The notes under the pieces are model-generated. The model saw only the letters and a list, made by a program, of their open reading frames with translations, was not told the DNA's origin and searched no databases. Position numbers and translations under genes: made by a program. DNA of 64,000 nucleotides from Malacoraja senta (lineage: Eukaryota), in the NCBI GenBank assembly GCA_038087875.1, contig CM075998.1:2170001-2234000 (forward strand), in the 5' to 3' direction. This document shows positions 53,322 to 64,000 of the stretch, in pieces (position 1 is the stretch's first letter; each line of letters opens with the position of its first letter).

Positions 53322-53588
53322 CTGCACGGTGGCGCAGCGGTAGAGCTGCTGCCTCACAACGCCAGAAACCAGAGTTCAATTCTGACTACAGGTGCTAACT
53401 TGTACGTTCTCCATGTGGTCGTATGAATTTTCTCTGGGTGCTCCAGTTTCCTCCCACATTCCAAAGATTTGAAAGGTCAATTGGCTTCTGTATATTGTGC
53501 CTAGTATTGAGATTAGTGTATGGGTGATCGCTGGGCGGCATGGAACGAAGGGCCTGTTTGCACACTGTATCTCTAAACTGAGCTAAAC
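53322..53588 (+). mobile_element. tRNA-derived V-SINE (HE1-like)
   Basis: ggtggcgcagcggtagagctgctgcctcac...gagttcaattct...gggtgctccagtttcctcccacattccaaaga. Confidence 0.9.
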
Positions 53589-53964
53589 AGACCCAATTGG
53601 CTGAGGTAGCTGAGGGCTGCCCTTGTCGTCATACAAATGAATTAGTTACTTTGAGAGACCCAAGTTCTCCAGAACCTGCAAAGGATACCTGGTGTGTGCA
53701 GGCACGAGTCTGTAACTTCAGCAGGATTGGTTGGCGGGGAAATCAAAACAAACTTAACCCACCAATTATATCCAATAGCACATCTGAACATTGGAACTAC
53801 AAAGAAAGTATCAACATTGAGTTGGTCCATCGTTTGTCTTGAAGATATGTTTTATGTTATAACCACGTTGAACCCTTTGGATCACATTTTCCATTACTTT
53901 TATTGAATACGTTACTTGTTTCCTTCATGCATTGAGCAATATTAAGTTAACAAGTATACATTGA

Positions 53965-54216
53965 CGGTGAGAATTAAAATATTTAAAGGGGATCTGAGGG
54001 GCAGTTATTTTACACAGAAGGTGGTGGATATATTGAACAAGCTGCCAGAGGAGTTAGTTAAGGCAGGTGCATTTAAAAGACAATTGCACAGGTGCTTGCT
54101 GGATAGGAAAGGTTTAGAGGGGTAAGGGCCAAACACGGGCCGGTGGAGTAAGTGAAGACTGGCATCGTGGTTGGCATGGGTGAGTTGGGGCAAAGGGCCT
54201 ATTTCCATGTTGTGTA
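53965..54216 (+). mobile_element. CR1/HER1-type LINE 3' end
   Basis: gatctgaggggcagttattttacacagaaggtggtgg...gctgccagaggag...catttaaaagacaattg. Confidence 0.82.
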
Positions 54217-55549
54217 CCTATAAATCAATGAATGAAAAGAGAGAAATTTTGTTATCCACCTAAAGACAAGTCCTTGGTTAACAATAAAAGTTTAAATCCA
54301 GTGTAGAATGACCCCCCCCCCCCGCCACTTTGCTTCCTATTTTCGCAATTAGTTTCTGCCATACCTCCATGAATGCTCGCTACCATCGAATGCATTGGCA
54401 GTTGCTGATTCTTTGTGCGAGTTAAGGCAGGAGTTGTAGTTAGGAGCTGGAACCCTCGCTTCTCCTTTCTCTTCCCTTCCTCCCCTCTTCTCTCTTCAGC
54501 TGTGACGGCCCCGGCTGTTAGTCCAAACCGGAAATTTAGCCTAGGAGTTGATTCAGTTTAGTGTGGCCCAGACATTTAAGAGAGCCATTCTATATAGTGT
54601 TAATGAAATAAACTGTGCCATAAATTTGAAATTATAATGACCAATACAAATTTACAGCTCTTGCCTTATTTGTAGCTTTTTAAAGAAACTGGAAAGGCAC
54701 CAAGTTATTGGTGAAACATTATTTGGGATGTTACAAATAAGGATTGAGTGTTCCAGTCTTTTAATGGTCTACCTTTGTTTTCAAAACCTTTATCAAGTTT
54801 AATGTCCTTAATGGAGACTGTAAAATTTGTTTTTAAACAAAATTAGTTCAGATTCCATAACTTTGATATTGGAAAGTTGCAAATATAGTTCTCATCAAGG
54901 TAAAATATATTTAAGCTGTGCACTGGAGCACTTTCCATTTTCCACCCAGTATTGGCAACAAGCACACCCAAGCAATCTCTTTTTTTCCTTGGCAGTTTAC
55001 GTGTTAAAAGGTTACAAATGGGAATGTTTTGTGTTGTAGGTCCATAGCTACCTGAAACCACATTGAAGTGGTTCAAACTCATTTTCACAAAGGACCTAGT
55101 TAAGACCTGGCGCTGCACAAATGAAATAAGTCAATAATTTGTAACTGCATTGAAAATGCATGCCATTTGGAGTGAATGTGCTGAGTGCCCTCACTATAGC
55201 TTCACGTTGCATATCTCTTATGCTGCACTGTTCTCTAAAGAAAGCTAAAATGAATTTTGCTTGTATGACACCCGTGGACCATTAAAATTAGGAGCTGGCA
55301 AAACTATGGACTGGCCGACAGTTCATTGGCTGTCTTAATTATGGCGCAAATGCGCAAAATGCCTCTAAAATGTCATGGAGCTCTGATTGTTGCCAAAGTC
55401 AAATTCCTTAACAGGAACTTAAACGGTTATGCAATATAAAATGATCGCTAAAGCTGGGTCAAAGCAAGTTGCACTGTTTTTCCCAATGCCGCATGTACAA
55501 TGTGCATCAGTTGATCACCAGATTTTAGGGTGCTTTCTCTTATCAGCAG

Positions 55550-55681
55550 GGGAGGAGTGCCGTGACATCGACGTGATGCCAGACCATATCCTTCAGCCCG
55601 TCCCTGACAGACCTTCTTTTATAGATAGGCTTGCTAACAGCATTGCAAAAAGAAAAAGATCTACTCCACAGAAATTTGTTG
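55550..55681 (+). CDS. ikzf4: IKZF4 coding exon 6 (GEECRDIDVMPD...DRLANSIAKRKRSTPQKFV)
   Basis: Tandem CAGCAG acceptor (alternative start 55547) and G|GTAAGA donor, 132 nt. Contains the conserved KRKxSxPQKF motif. Confidence 0.95.
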
Positions 55682-56380
55682 GTAAGAACTCATTTATATT
55701 TTTTCAATTCCCTAGAAGGACAGTGGATGGTTAGGGTTTGCACAACTATTTCCACATTTTGAAGCTTAAAGATGTTTCCCCAGTAGTAACATAAATGTTT
55801 TTCTGTACTTGAAACTTGATTTTGAGGGACTAAACTCGACAGAAGTGACCTGTACTAATTTGTACAAACTAAACAACGCCATTCTGGGTATTCTGCTTAA
55901 TCCACTCATTTGGATGCACATAGTCTTGGTTTGAAGGTTTCCAAAAGCACAAATTTAGATTGTATTAAATTAAATTAAATATTAAATATGCAATGCAATT
56001 CTCAACAATATTACAAAAGCTCAAATGAAACGGTTATATTAATCATCCACTGTTCAAATACCTTCTGTTGGATTTAGAGTCGGGCCTTTAGTGACACTAC
56101 ATCTAGAGAATTCTATTTGTTTTGAAGTTTTCTGTCACTGCCAGGTAGAAATGTGAAATCTTTCTGGCTGCTTTTAGATTGTATTTATAAGTTTTGGTTG
56201 TTTTTTTATTCCAGAGCTATTTCAAATTCCTGACCGTTATCTAACCTTAGCTTGGCTCATCCATATTTCCCTCATTACTGTACAGATTCTCCTTTGTAAA
56301 ATCATGATTTCCATGTACTTTGCTTTTGCAGTTATCTTCATTGCATTGGTAACGCAAAAGTCCAACAAGAATTTAGTCAT

Positions 56381-56463
56381 AGGTAGACACAAAATGCTGG
56401 AGTAACTCAGTGGGACAGGCAGCATCTCCGGAGAGGAGGAATGGGTGACGTTTCGGGTCGAGA
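56381..56463 (-). mobile_element. Truncated Penelope-derived element
   Basis: gtagacacaaaatgctggagtaactcag...gtgacgtttcgggtcgaga; flanked by GAATTTAG(T/A)CAT. Confidence 0.85.
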
Positions 56464-56734
56464 TTCTTGCTCCTGAATTTAGACATGATCAATTTAATGA
56501 CAAGACCATTTGGTCTTGAAGGCAATTTATATTTCTAAATGAATATTGGGACATTGTTGAAATCATTTCAACTATTGCATTGATTAATTTAATTTAATTT
56601 GGAAATGGGTAGTTTCAGTTATTGAAAAGCAAAGAACTACAGATGCTGTAAGTCACAATGAAGTGCTAAAATAACACGTCTGCTTCCAGCAGCGCTGTTC
56701 ATTAGTCCCAGTCCTCTGTACCCTCCAATTCATT

Positions 56735-56957
56735 CTCATTTGCCTGCATTTTAGTCCTATTGCCACTTATCTATACTAAGGGATAATTTACCGTGGCTAA
56801 ATAACCCATCAGAGTATCTTTGGGATGAGAGGAAACCCAGTAATGGGAGCAATGTACAAACTCAATTATATATATATATATTTTTTTAAAGCCTATTGTC
56901 AGAATTGAACCTGGATTGCTGGAGCAGCAGCCTACCTGCTGTACCACTGTGCTGCCT
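56735..56957 (-). mobile_element. Decayed V-SINE
   Basis: tctttgggatgagaggaaacc...gtacaaactc...gaattgaacctggattgctgg...ctgtaccactgtgctgcc. Confidence 0.7.
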
Positions 56958-57105
56958 GAACTGTAGCATTTTATTTAAAACCAAATGGATCCAACAGAAT
57001 TGGTGGGTGGGAGGGTGAAATTGTAAATTAAGTTTACCCTTTGATTGCCTGGCTGATTTATTTTCCTGTGCTTTCTGATTTTAAACCCTAATCCTTTCTT
57101 TTCAG

Positions 57106-57830
57106 GTGATAAACACATACGCCTCAACCTATCCGATGTTCACTTTGAGATGAACTCCAGTTTTGAGAAGGATGTAGAGATGATGGCTCCTCACCCCATG
57201 GACCAGAATTTGGGCAGTGCACTGTCCTATCTAGGAACAGAAGCAATGAGGCCTCCAAGGTTGCCCATAACCAGTTGTTTGCCGGAGATCACGCCTGTGA
57301 TAAGTGCTGTCTACTCCCATGTACATCCGATCCACAGCCGAGCTGAGGCACAGGGAGGTCGAGAGGCAGCAGAAGGTCATGAAGACGTGCCAGAAAATAT
57401 GAATTCTAGAGCAAAAAATCAACTGGTTGAGCTTGGAGTGTCTCCAAGCAATGGTTGTCATGATTCCACAGATACAGAAAGCAGCCATGAAGACAGGAAT
57501 GCCCATGCTTTTCCTAGTAACTATGTCACAAGGCAAAGCCCGGCCTATTCCAAAGAGGACCCAAAGGCACAGGAGCCTCCATCATCTGCCAAAGCAGCTC
57601 AAAGCTCAGCCAAAGAGGTCCTTAGAGTCTTAAATGAAGATGGAGAACAAGTTAAGGCTTATAATTGTAACCACTGCCGGGTTCTCTTTCTTGACCATGT
57701 AATGTTTACCATACACATGGGTTGCCATGGATTCAGAGACCCTTTTGAGTGCAACATCTGTGGCCACCACAGCCAAGATCGGTACGAATTCTCCTCACAC
57801 ATTGTCCGAGGAGAGCATAAAGTGAGTTAG
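57106..57830 (+). CDS. ikzf4: IKZF4 last coding exon with C-terminal dimerisation fingers ZF5 and ZF6 (...HIVRGEHKVS*)
   Basis: cctttcttttcag acceptor. Contains SPSNGCHDSTDTES, CRVLFLDHVMFTIHMGCHGFRDPFECNICG and SQDRYEFSSHIVRGEH; TAG at 57828-57830. Confidence 0.98.
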
Positions 57831-60800
57831 AGAGGGCCACATGGACTACACTTTTCTACTCCCCTTGCACTGACTTCATCTAAAGAAGGAGGTGTTCTTA
57901 CCAGGGTTGGACAAGATCATTGTTTTCAGGGATTAATCTACAGAATAAACGAGGGTTAAATTCGGCTCCAAATAAAACTAAGTGTACTCCATCTGGATTT
58001 TTTTTTGTTGCATCTTTAACAAAAATATGCTTACTTAAATTTTATTTAGTTGAATTTCAGAGGAGGAAAAATCCATATTTCTGGGGGCCCAATTTTACAG
58101 TTAATGACTTATGGTACCTTTTTTTTCCAAGCACTGATTTATCTGTAATGTATATAAGGCAGTATAGGTGGATTTAATGTAATAGGGATGAATTCAAAAT
58201 GAGGCTTTAATTCCTATCAAAGCTCCCTAATTAATGGACTTCAACTCTATTTTATCCTTCTAGATAATTAAGTGTTCAACTGTTCTTTAATCCTAAAGAC
58301 CTTGTGTAACTTTAGAAGAGAATCATCCAGTGGAAACTACTGACCCTTTTAGTGTCGTATGAATTCTTAACTTAGATAAGTAGCAGTAATTTATCCAAAT
58401 GACATGCATCAAAGAGAACTACCTATGTTTATGCCTTTGTGGAATTTGTCTTTGAAGTTTGATGTTTTATAAATGCCCATCTTTTTAAATCATTAATGAG
58501 GTTAGGTGAACTATCTAAACATCTTGGCATTTTGACATTTTTTTATGATGAAATAGATGATGCCTGTAATTGTTTTCTTAAAACTAGTTGGAAAAACTGT
58601 GGATTAATCCCAGACCATTGTGACTTGGCTATCAGTTGCACATTTAGGGTGTCCAGCCAGATTCTGTGAAAGCATTTTTGGGGAGGGAAGGGTGAGCACA
58701 GGCTCAGTGGTAATTTATTGGCAAGAATGACAGAAGAAATTTAAAATAACAGAAGATTTTAACTGCTTCAGTTTGAAGATGCCCAATAATGTAGTAGTGA
58801 ATGTGCCTCCTTTGTCACTGTGGTTACAAATTCATATCCTGTCAATGGTTCACATGTACTTGCCTACTGAAAGTCTGGTTGAGTTTGGCAAATTCTGGGT
58901 TGAACCAATGCACCATCTAGTTCTGTGTCAAATGACCAGCCTGTATGCTGAGCCACTGACTACCCTGGCGATATGTAGGGTAATTAAGCCAGGGTCGTCA
59001 GTGGGCGTGAAAATGGGATTTGAGGAACTATTGTGGTGAACTCAGACAATTTATGAAATTAGTGTCATAAGCAATCCAAACTACCTCGTTCTAGCTGTTG
59101 GATCTAATAACTACCATGACGCAACATTGGCTGATGAGAGGCTTTGAATTGGTGGCTAATGGTGACTTGCTTATTCCCCTTCCCCTCACCAAGCTGTTTG
59201 AAGATGTCAGTGTCACCAACCACTTAGAAAGTGTACACAAATTGAAATGCTCAGTCTTACGGGTGCACGGTGGCGTCTGTTGTTCAGTACTTTATGTGCT
59301 TGAAAACAGTGCCCCGTTTACATAAAATGCCCGACAGTACAGTTTCTGTGTATACTTTCTGAAGTTCAAACCTTCTCCAAAGTCAGTATTCCAATCCATT
59401 AACTATCACATGCATGTTGAGTTTCTTTAGGTTTTTTTTTTGGCTGAAACACTGCAGTGCTTCTTACTCTGTGGGAAGAGGTAGCCATCTGTGTTCATGC
59501 TCACCAACACTGGAGCAGCATTTGTCCTAGAAGCTGTGATGAAGTCTGGGTGTTTATCTAGGAATATGCAGTTTTAAAAACTTTAATCATATAATAAATA
59601 CTTTTACTTTGGACCAAATGAGGTTTGCAGGCAGAAGGTTAATATATTTTAAGCAATTAATGTGTTCTTATCTATTAAAAGGACTTTTCCAGATGTTGAC
59701 TTTTAAATAGTGTCTGCATTCATATTTATAAATTAAAAATTCTGCAGCATAAAAACTTCACACTCCTGTGGTTGTAGGTTCAAGTCCCAGGCTCGTGCAT
59801 ATTGGCCACGTTAATGGTGAATAATAACTAATTCTCAGTCTACTGACTGGATATGATCTCTGATGGGAGTTGGATATTGTCAGCCGCTCCAGTAGTGAGA
59901 TGCAGGAAACTATTTTTGGTGCTGGGCCTTGAGGGGAGGGTAAAATATGAAGAGAACTGGGAAGAGACTATTCTGCTTGTCTTTAGTAAAGGATGTTGGA
60001 TGGAGGGGCACAGCCATTATGGAATGCAAGAGTTTATTCAGGATGGTTTTATGGAGTTAATAGATTTTTGTAAAGTAGGAAACCCAGTGACATCTTCAGT
60101 TTGCAAGACATCAGTGCAAATTCTAGATTATATTTTTCGAGGAGGAGAGGGGCTTCATGTTTTGTAGATTTTTTTTGTCCAACCCTAAGTTTTTTAAGAT
60201 TTTCAGTTATTTAATTTCTTTTGAACTGACACTTCTAGAATTATTTTCTGATTTTATTTAAATTATCTTTGCACATTAGTTTCTAATGCACACATATGTT
60301 GCACACTGTACGGGCAGCTTGTTAGCTTCCTATTTCTTCTGCAGAGCCAAAGTCACAGTTCATTTTCTTCTCGTTCCAGTTATTTCTAACACACCTTTTT
60401 TAAATTAAGATTTAAGACTTTAATCTGTGCAAATTACATTTATTTAAAATCTACTTTAAGGAGTCCTGCTGCATTAGTAGAAATATGTACCCCTGAGCTC
60501 TGATACAGTCTTGGGTTTCTGGTCTCTGAAGGAATGGGTCTGGCTGCAAATTTGCAAGGGAGAGCTTGAGTCCCTCTCCTGCTGCCGCCCTCTAAGCTGT
60601 TGGGACAGAAACCAGGGAAATGAAATTTATTGTTCTGTATCAGTTCAGTTAGATGCAAAGGGAGCAAGCTTTAAATTGTTAATAAGATTAAAAAATCAGA
60701 ACAAGTTGCTGCTTGTGGGAATGGAGACAGCAGGTTGCGTTGAACTGCAGGAAATCCCAGCCAGTGCTGGTGGATGATGGTTCAATGTAGGAGATGTTTG

Positions 60801-63800
60801 TGCTTAAGACTGTAAGTTCATCTTTCCCACAGGCTTTTTATGCGCCTTTTTTTGTGCTTGCTCTTGTCGCATAATGGTACTATTGTTTTGCAAATTAAGT
60901 GTTGCGCTAAACTTGCAATCCTACTGCAAAAGGCAAGAATGGTCAAGCATTAACAAAAGGGGCACTTCTACCCTCAGAATCAACATATTTGGATGTTTGG
61001 AATCTGGGCGCATTGTCAAGGCTGACTTAAGCATCCTTTCCAAAATGATTGTATATTGTGGCGTAAAGGTGGAAATCCTGCACCAAACCAGCAGTCCAGT
61101 AAGTGTCCGAATCAGGTGATGTACATTTGGGCTAGATTGCATTTCGCATTTTTCCCCTAAGAATTGGCGGCCTTCACCCAATGTCAGTTATCCAGTAAAG
61201 TGGCTCCCAGTAGCTGCCATCTATGATGTGAAAGAAACCCATTTTTCAAGTGTGACTATTTTTAATTTATCTCATTGTAATCTTGAAGCACTTTCAAAAT
61301 GATCTTAACCTGAAACAAATATCCTTTGTGCCTTTAATTATAGAGCATTGTAATATGTTTTGTATTTGTAATCTTAAGTGTATTTTTCAACCCTACGTGG
61401 GACTATGGATCATAAATCATTGATCTAGTTAACCCCACCTAGTCACACTGATATGACTGTCTACACCAGAGATAAGCAGATGCAATTCTATTATTCTTTA
61501 ATTAAAGGGACCTGGTTGAATATGTGTTTCCAACAAAAAAGATTTCTGATTGCGAGACAGTGCCTTGCAGCACCATTTTTGTTTCTATATTGAAAGTATT
61601 CAGAGTTGCGCAAACCATAATGAACAAAGTGTTTCCCAAAACCATTGCTTCAACACTGTGATCAATCTTAGCTTCAATGAAGATAATCTGCTCTTTTCAG
61701 CAAAACTTCATCTTCAGTGAAAATGACCTCATCTTTTTGACCTTGGAAGTAACTGCTGTGACCTTTCAGCAGGCTTTTTCCCTGTTTTCTAAATCATTTT
61801 GTACTGTCTTGCACATCTGAATACACATCAAGGAATCTTGTAATTCAAATCCTGGCCGGCACAGTGGCGCAGCTGGTGGAGCTGCTGTCTCACAACGCCA
61901 GAGACCCGGGTTCAAACCGGACTGTATGCAATTTGCACGTTCTCCCTGTGATTCCTCCAAGTGCTCCAGTTTCCTCCCACATCTCAAAGACATTTGTTGG
62001 TTAATTGGCCCTCTGTAAATTGTCCCCCAGTACGTAGGGAGTGGATGAGCAAGTGAGAGAACATGGAACTATTGTGAATGGGTGATTGATGGTCTGCGTG
62101 AACTCAGTGGGCGGAAGGGCCTGTTTCCATGCTGTGTCTTTTTTTTAAAACTGCCCTCGTAAAATGGGGATAAAAACCTCAATTGGCTTTTTGATTTTGG
62201 AGATAATTTGAAGATCGTGGAGGATCACTGGATAGTGAGCTTATTTGATGAGTGCATGTATTGAGTTCATGAGTGACTTGTATGTTGCTGTACATACATG
62301 GATTTGGACTGTGGTGAATATATGCAAGGGCTTTTTGAGTTCATTTGCAAAAGCATGAATGTAAAGCCATGAGTTTTATCCAGCTTTGCGAAATGTAAAG
62401 GAGATGATCAGAAACAACCAAGCTTTCCCCCACCCCCATAGTCATGAAGTTTGTTTTTAATGAATCTTTAAAGAAATACTACTTATTAACACAAGATTTG
62501 GGCATTAATTGGGCTGTTGGTTTGATGAAGCACTTTGGTCTGCAATGTTAAGACCTTCAATGGAATGAAACACTGAATTTTGCACAAGGAGATTTCAATC
62601 TCTGTCTTTCCTTATTTAAAATATGTATGTTTAACATCAAGATTCTTTTTGATAGATGCGGCATTTTGATTTTGGCAAGCTACTTCTATATTTAACTTTT
62701 CTGTATGCCTATGAGGTTTATTTTGCTGTTGAGAATTTTGTATTGATACTCTTGGAAAAACAGCAATCCAATAAAATGAATGTGCTTTCAAGTTGTGAAA
62801 AGCTATGTCATCCAGATTGCAAGGTATCTTTGGGGCATTTGTCGCCATCATAGATGCACAGAAATACATTGCTTTGTTATTATTTTTGGTTTTTGTTTCT
62901 TCCTATGCCTATTCCCACTGCTAAGGAGTCCAACTTCATGGATATCCCAGTTGAATTTGTGCATCAGAAATCTTGGAAGTTTGCAATGTACTTAAAATGT
63001 CTCTGATCAGCCTGAGAAAGTCCTGGCATGGGTAAGAATCAAGACTAGGAAGTGAGCTTGGCAGTCAGTTGCTTCATCCTTGTTGCTTTATTTTAAGGTA
63101 TTAATAATTTGGGTAGTTGTCTTTTGAGTGAAAAATATTATACTTTAAAATTACCAGGGGCTTGCTGTAGATTAACTGGTGTGAAGCCAACCCTTGCAGT
63201 CCAAACTAGTTTCAGGTGGATAGAATGATGTTCGAGTCACTCAACTATTGCAGATTTTGTTTGCAAATAATTTTTGTACTGACTTTTGTCGGTGATCTTA
63301 GTTCTTTTCCTGGCCATGTTCTTTTTAGCACTATAGATTCCACCTTCCACCCCCCTATCCAGCCTTCGAAGAGGCCATTTGATGTGTTGTGACCTTTAAT
63401 GTATTGTAGAGTGATGGGTGCTGGGGAGTGAATTATAAAACAATAATATCTGCTCAGATGACAGAATGAAGAGTGTATTGTTAATCTCTATTGTGTGAAC
63501 TCAGCAAGGTCATTACCTTAGGTTCCACCTTCTGTGTTAAAGCTTTGTATTATATGTAGAGTTTATGTCATGTTATAGTGTTTTTGTTTTCAAAGTCTGA
63601 TTTAATCTGATCCTTTAAATGTAGGAAATTTGAAATGCAGATATTTTCAGATCCAACGGTAATTTGGAAAAACTATACAATATGGCAGGTGCCAAGATAC
63701 TTTGGTATCTGACTGCTGGAAGGTAATGCATACGACTATTTATTATGTGTTACAGCAATTCCATCCCAAACCATTATTCATCCCTAACCTTTCCAAAGAG

Positions 63801-64000
63801 CATTGTATATTATGCTGAGCAAGGCACCAAAAATATAGTTTGAAATTCCTCAGGTATTGTAGTCCCTTACTCTTGTGTAGTAGTTGAGGGTTTTTTAAAC
63901 CTCAGGCCATTATCAATGATGTAAGTGATTATATTAGATTGCTTGGTGCACACTTTTTATAGTTTATTTTTCCATTAACTCTTCTCGGCCCGCTCTCTAT
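57831..64000 (+). other. ikzf4: Probable long IKZF4 3' UTR and/or 3' flank (true end undetermined)
   Basis: Follows the stop codon, is U-rich and lacks the Penelope-derived copies that fill the introns. AATAAA at 57944, 57971, 59593 and 62770. Confidence 0.5.
61854..62142 (+). mobile_element. tRNA-derived V-SINE (HE1-like)
   Basis: cagtggcgcagctggtggagctgctg...gggttcaaacc...ctccagtttcctcccacatctcaaagac...gaagggcctgtttccatgctgt. Confidence 0.9.

Noticed and set aside
63981-63990. CTTCTCGGCC resembling the U2 snRNA 5' end
   Set aside because: Only ~10 nt match and the following sequence diverges, which is consistent with chance.

Overview
AT-rich vertebrate genomic DNA from a cartilaginous fish, probably a skate or ray judging by its HE1/V-SINE, CR1 and Penelope repeat content. 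The window holds the complete coding sequence of one + strand gene, the Ikaros-family zinc-finger factor IKZF4 (Eos). Seven coding exons (11611-11650, 22222-22326, 38920-39180, 41179-41346, 49509-49658, 55550-55681, 57106-57830) are joined by phase-1 GT-AG introns and give 1581 nt, or 526 aa. No promoter or first non-coding exon is evident, and 57831 onward is probably a long 3' UTR. The introns are full of retroelement relics (CR1, L2, Rex/Babar, RTE-derived, V-SINE, DeuSINE) plus a few DNA-transposon-like elements. The most striking non-genic signal is about 20 copies of a short (~90-290 bp) Penelope-derived element built around a minimal hammerhead-ribozyme motif (CTGANGA-A-GGGTC-nn-GACCC-GAAA-CG-TC). 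Many copies have their own target-site duplications and fold-back structure, and a parental Penelope 3' fragment with an open GIY-YIG endonuclease frame lies at 26313-26905. Other candidates are an unannotated alternative/poison exon at 54500, a ~260-bp palindrome upstream of the start exon, a 1-kb TIR element with a 7-bp TSD, and absence of the mammalian Eos CtBP-binding motif. Repeat family names come from recognition of remembered consensus motifs, not from a database search, and repeat boundaries are approximate.
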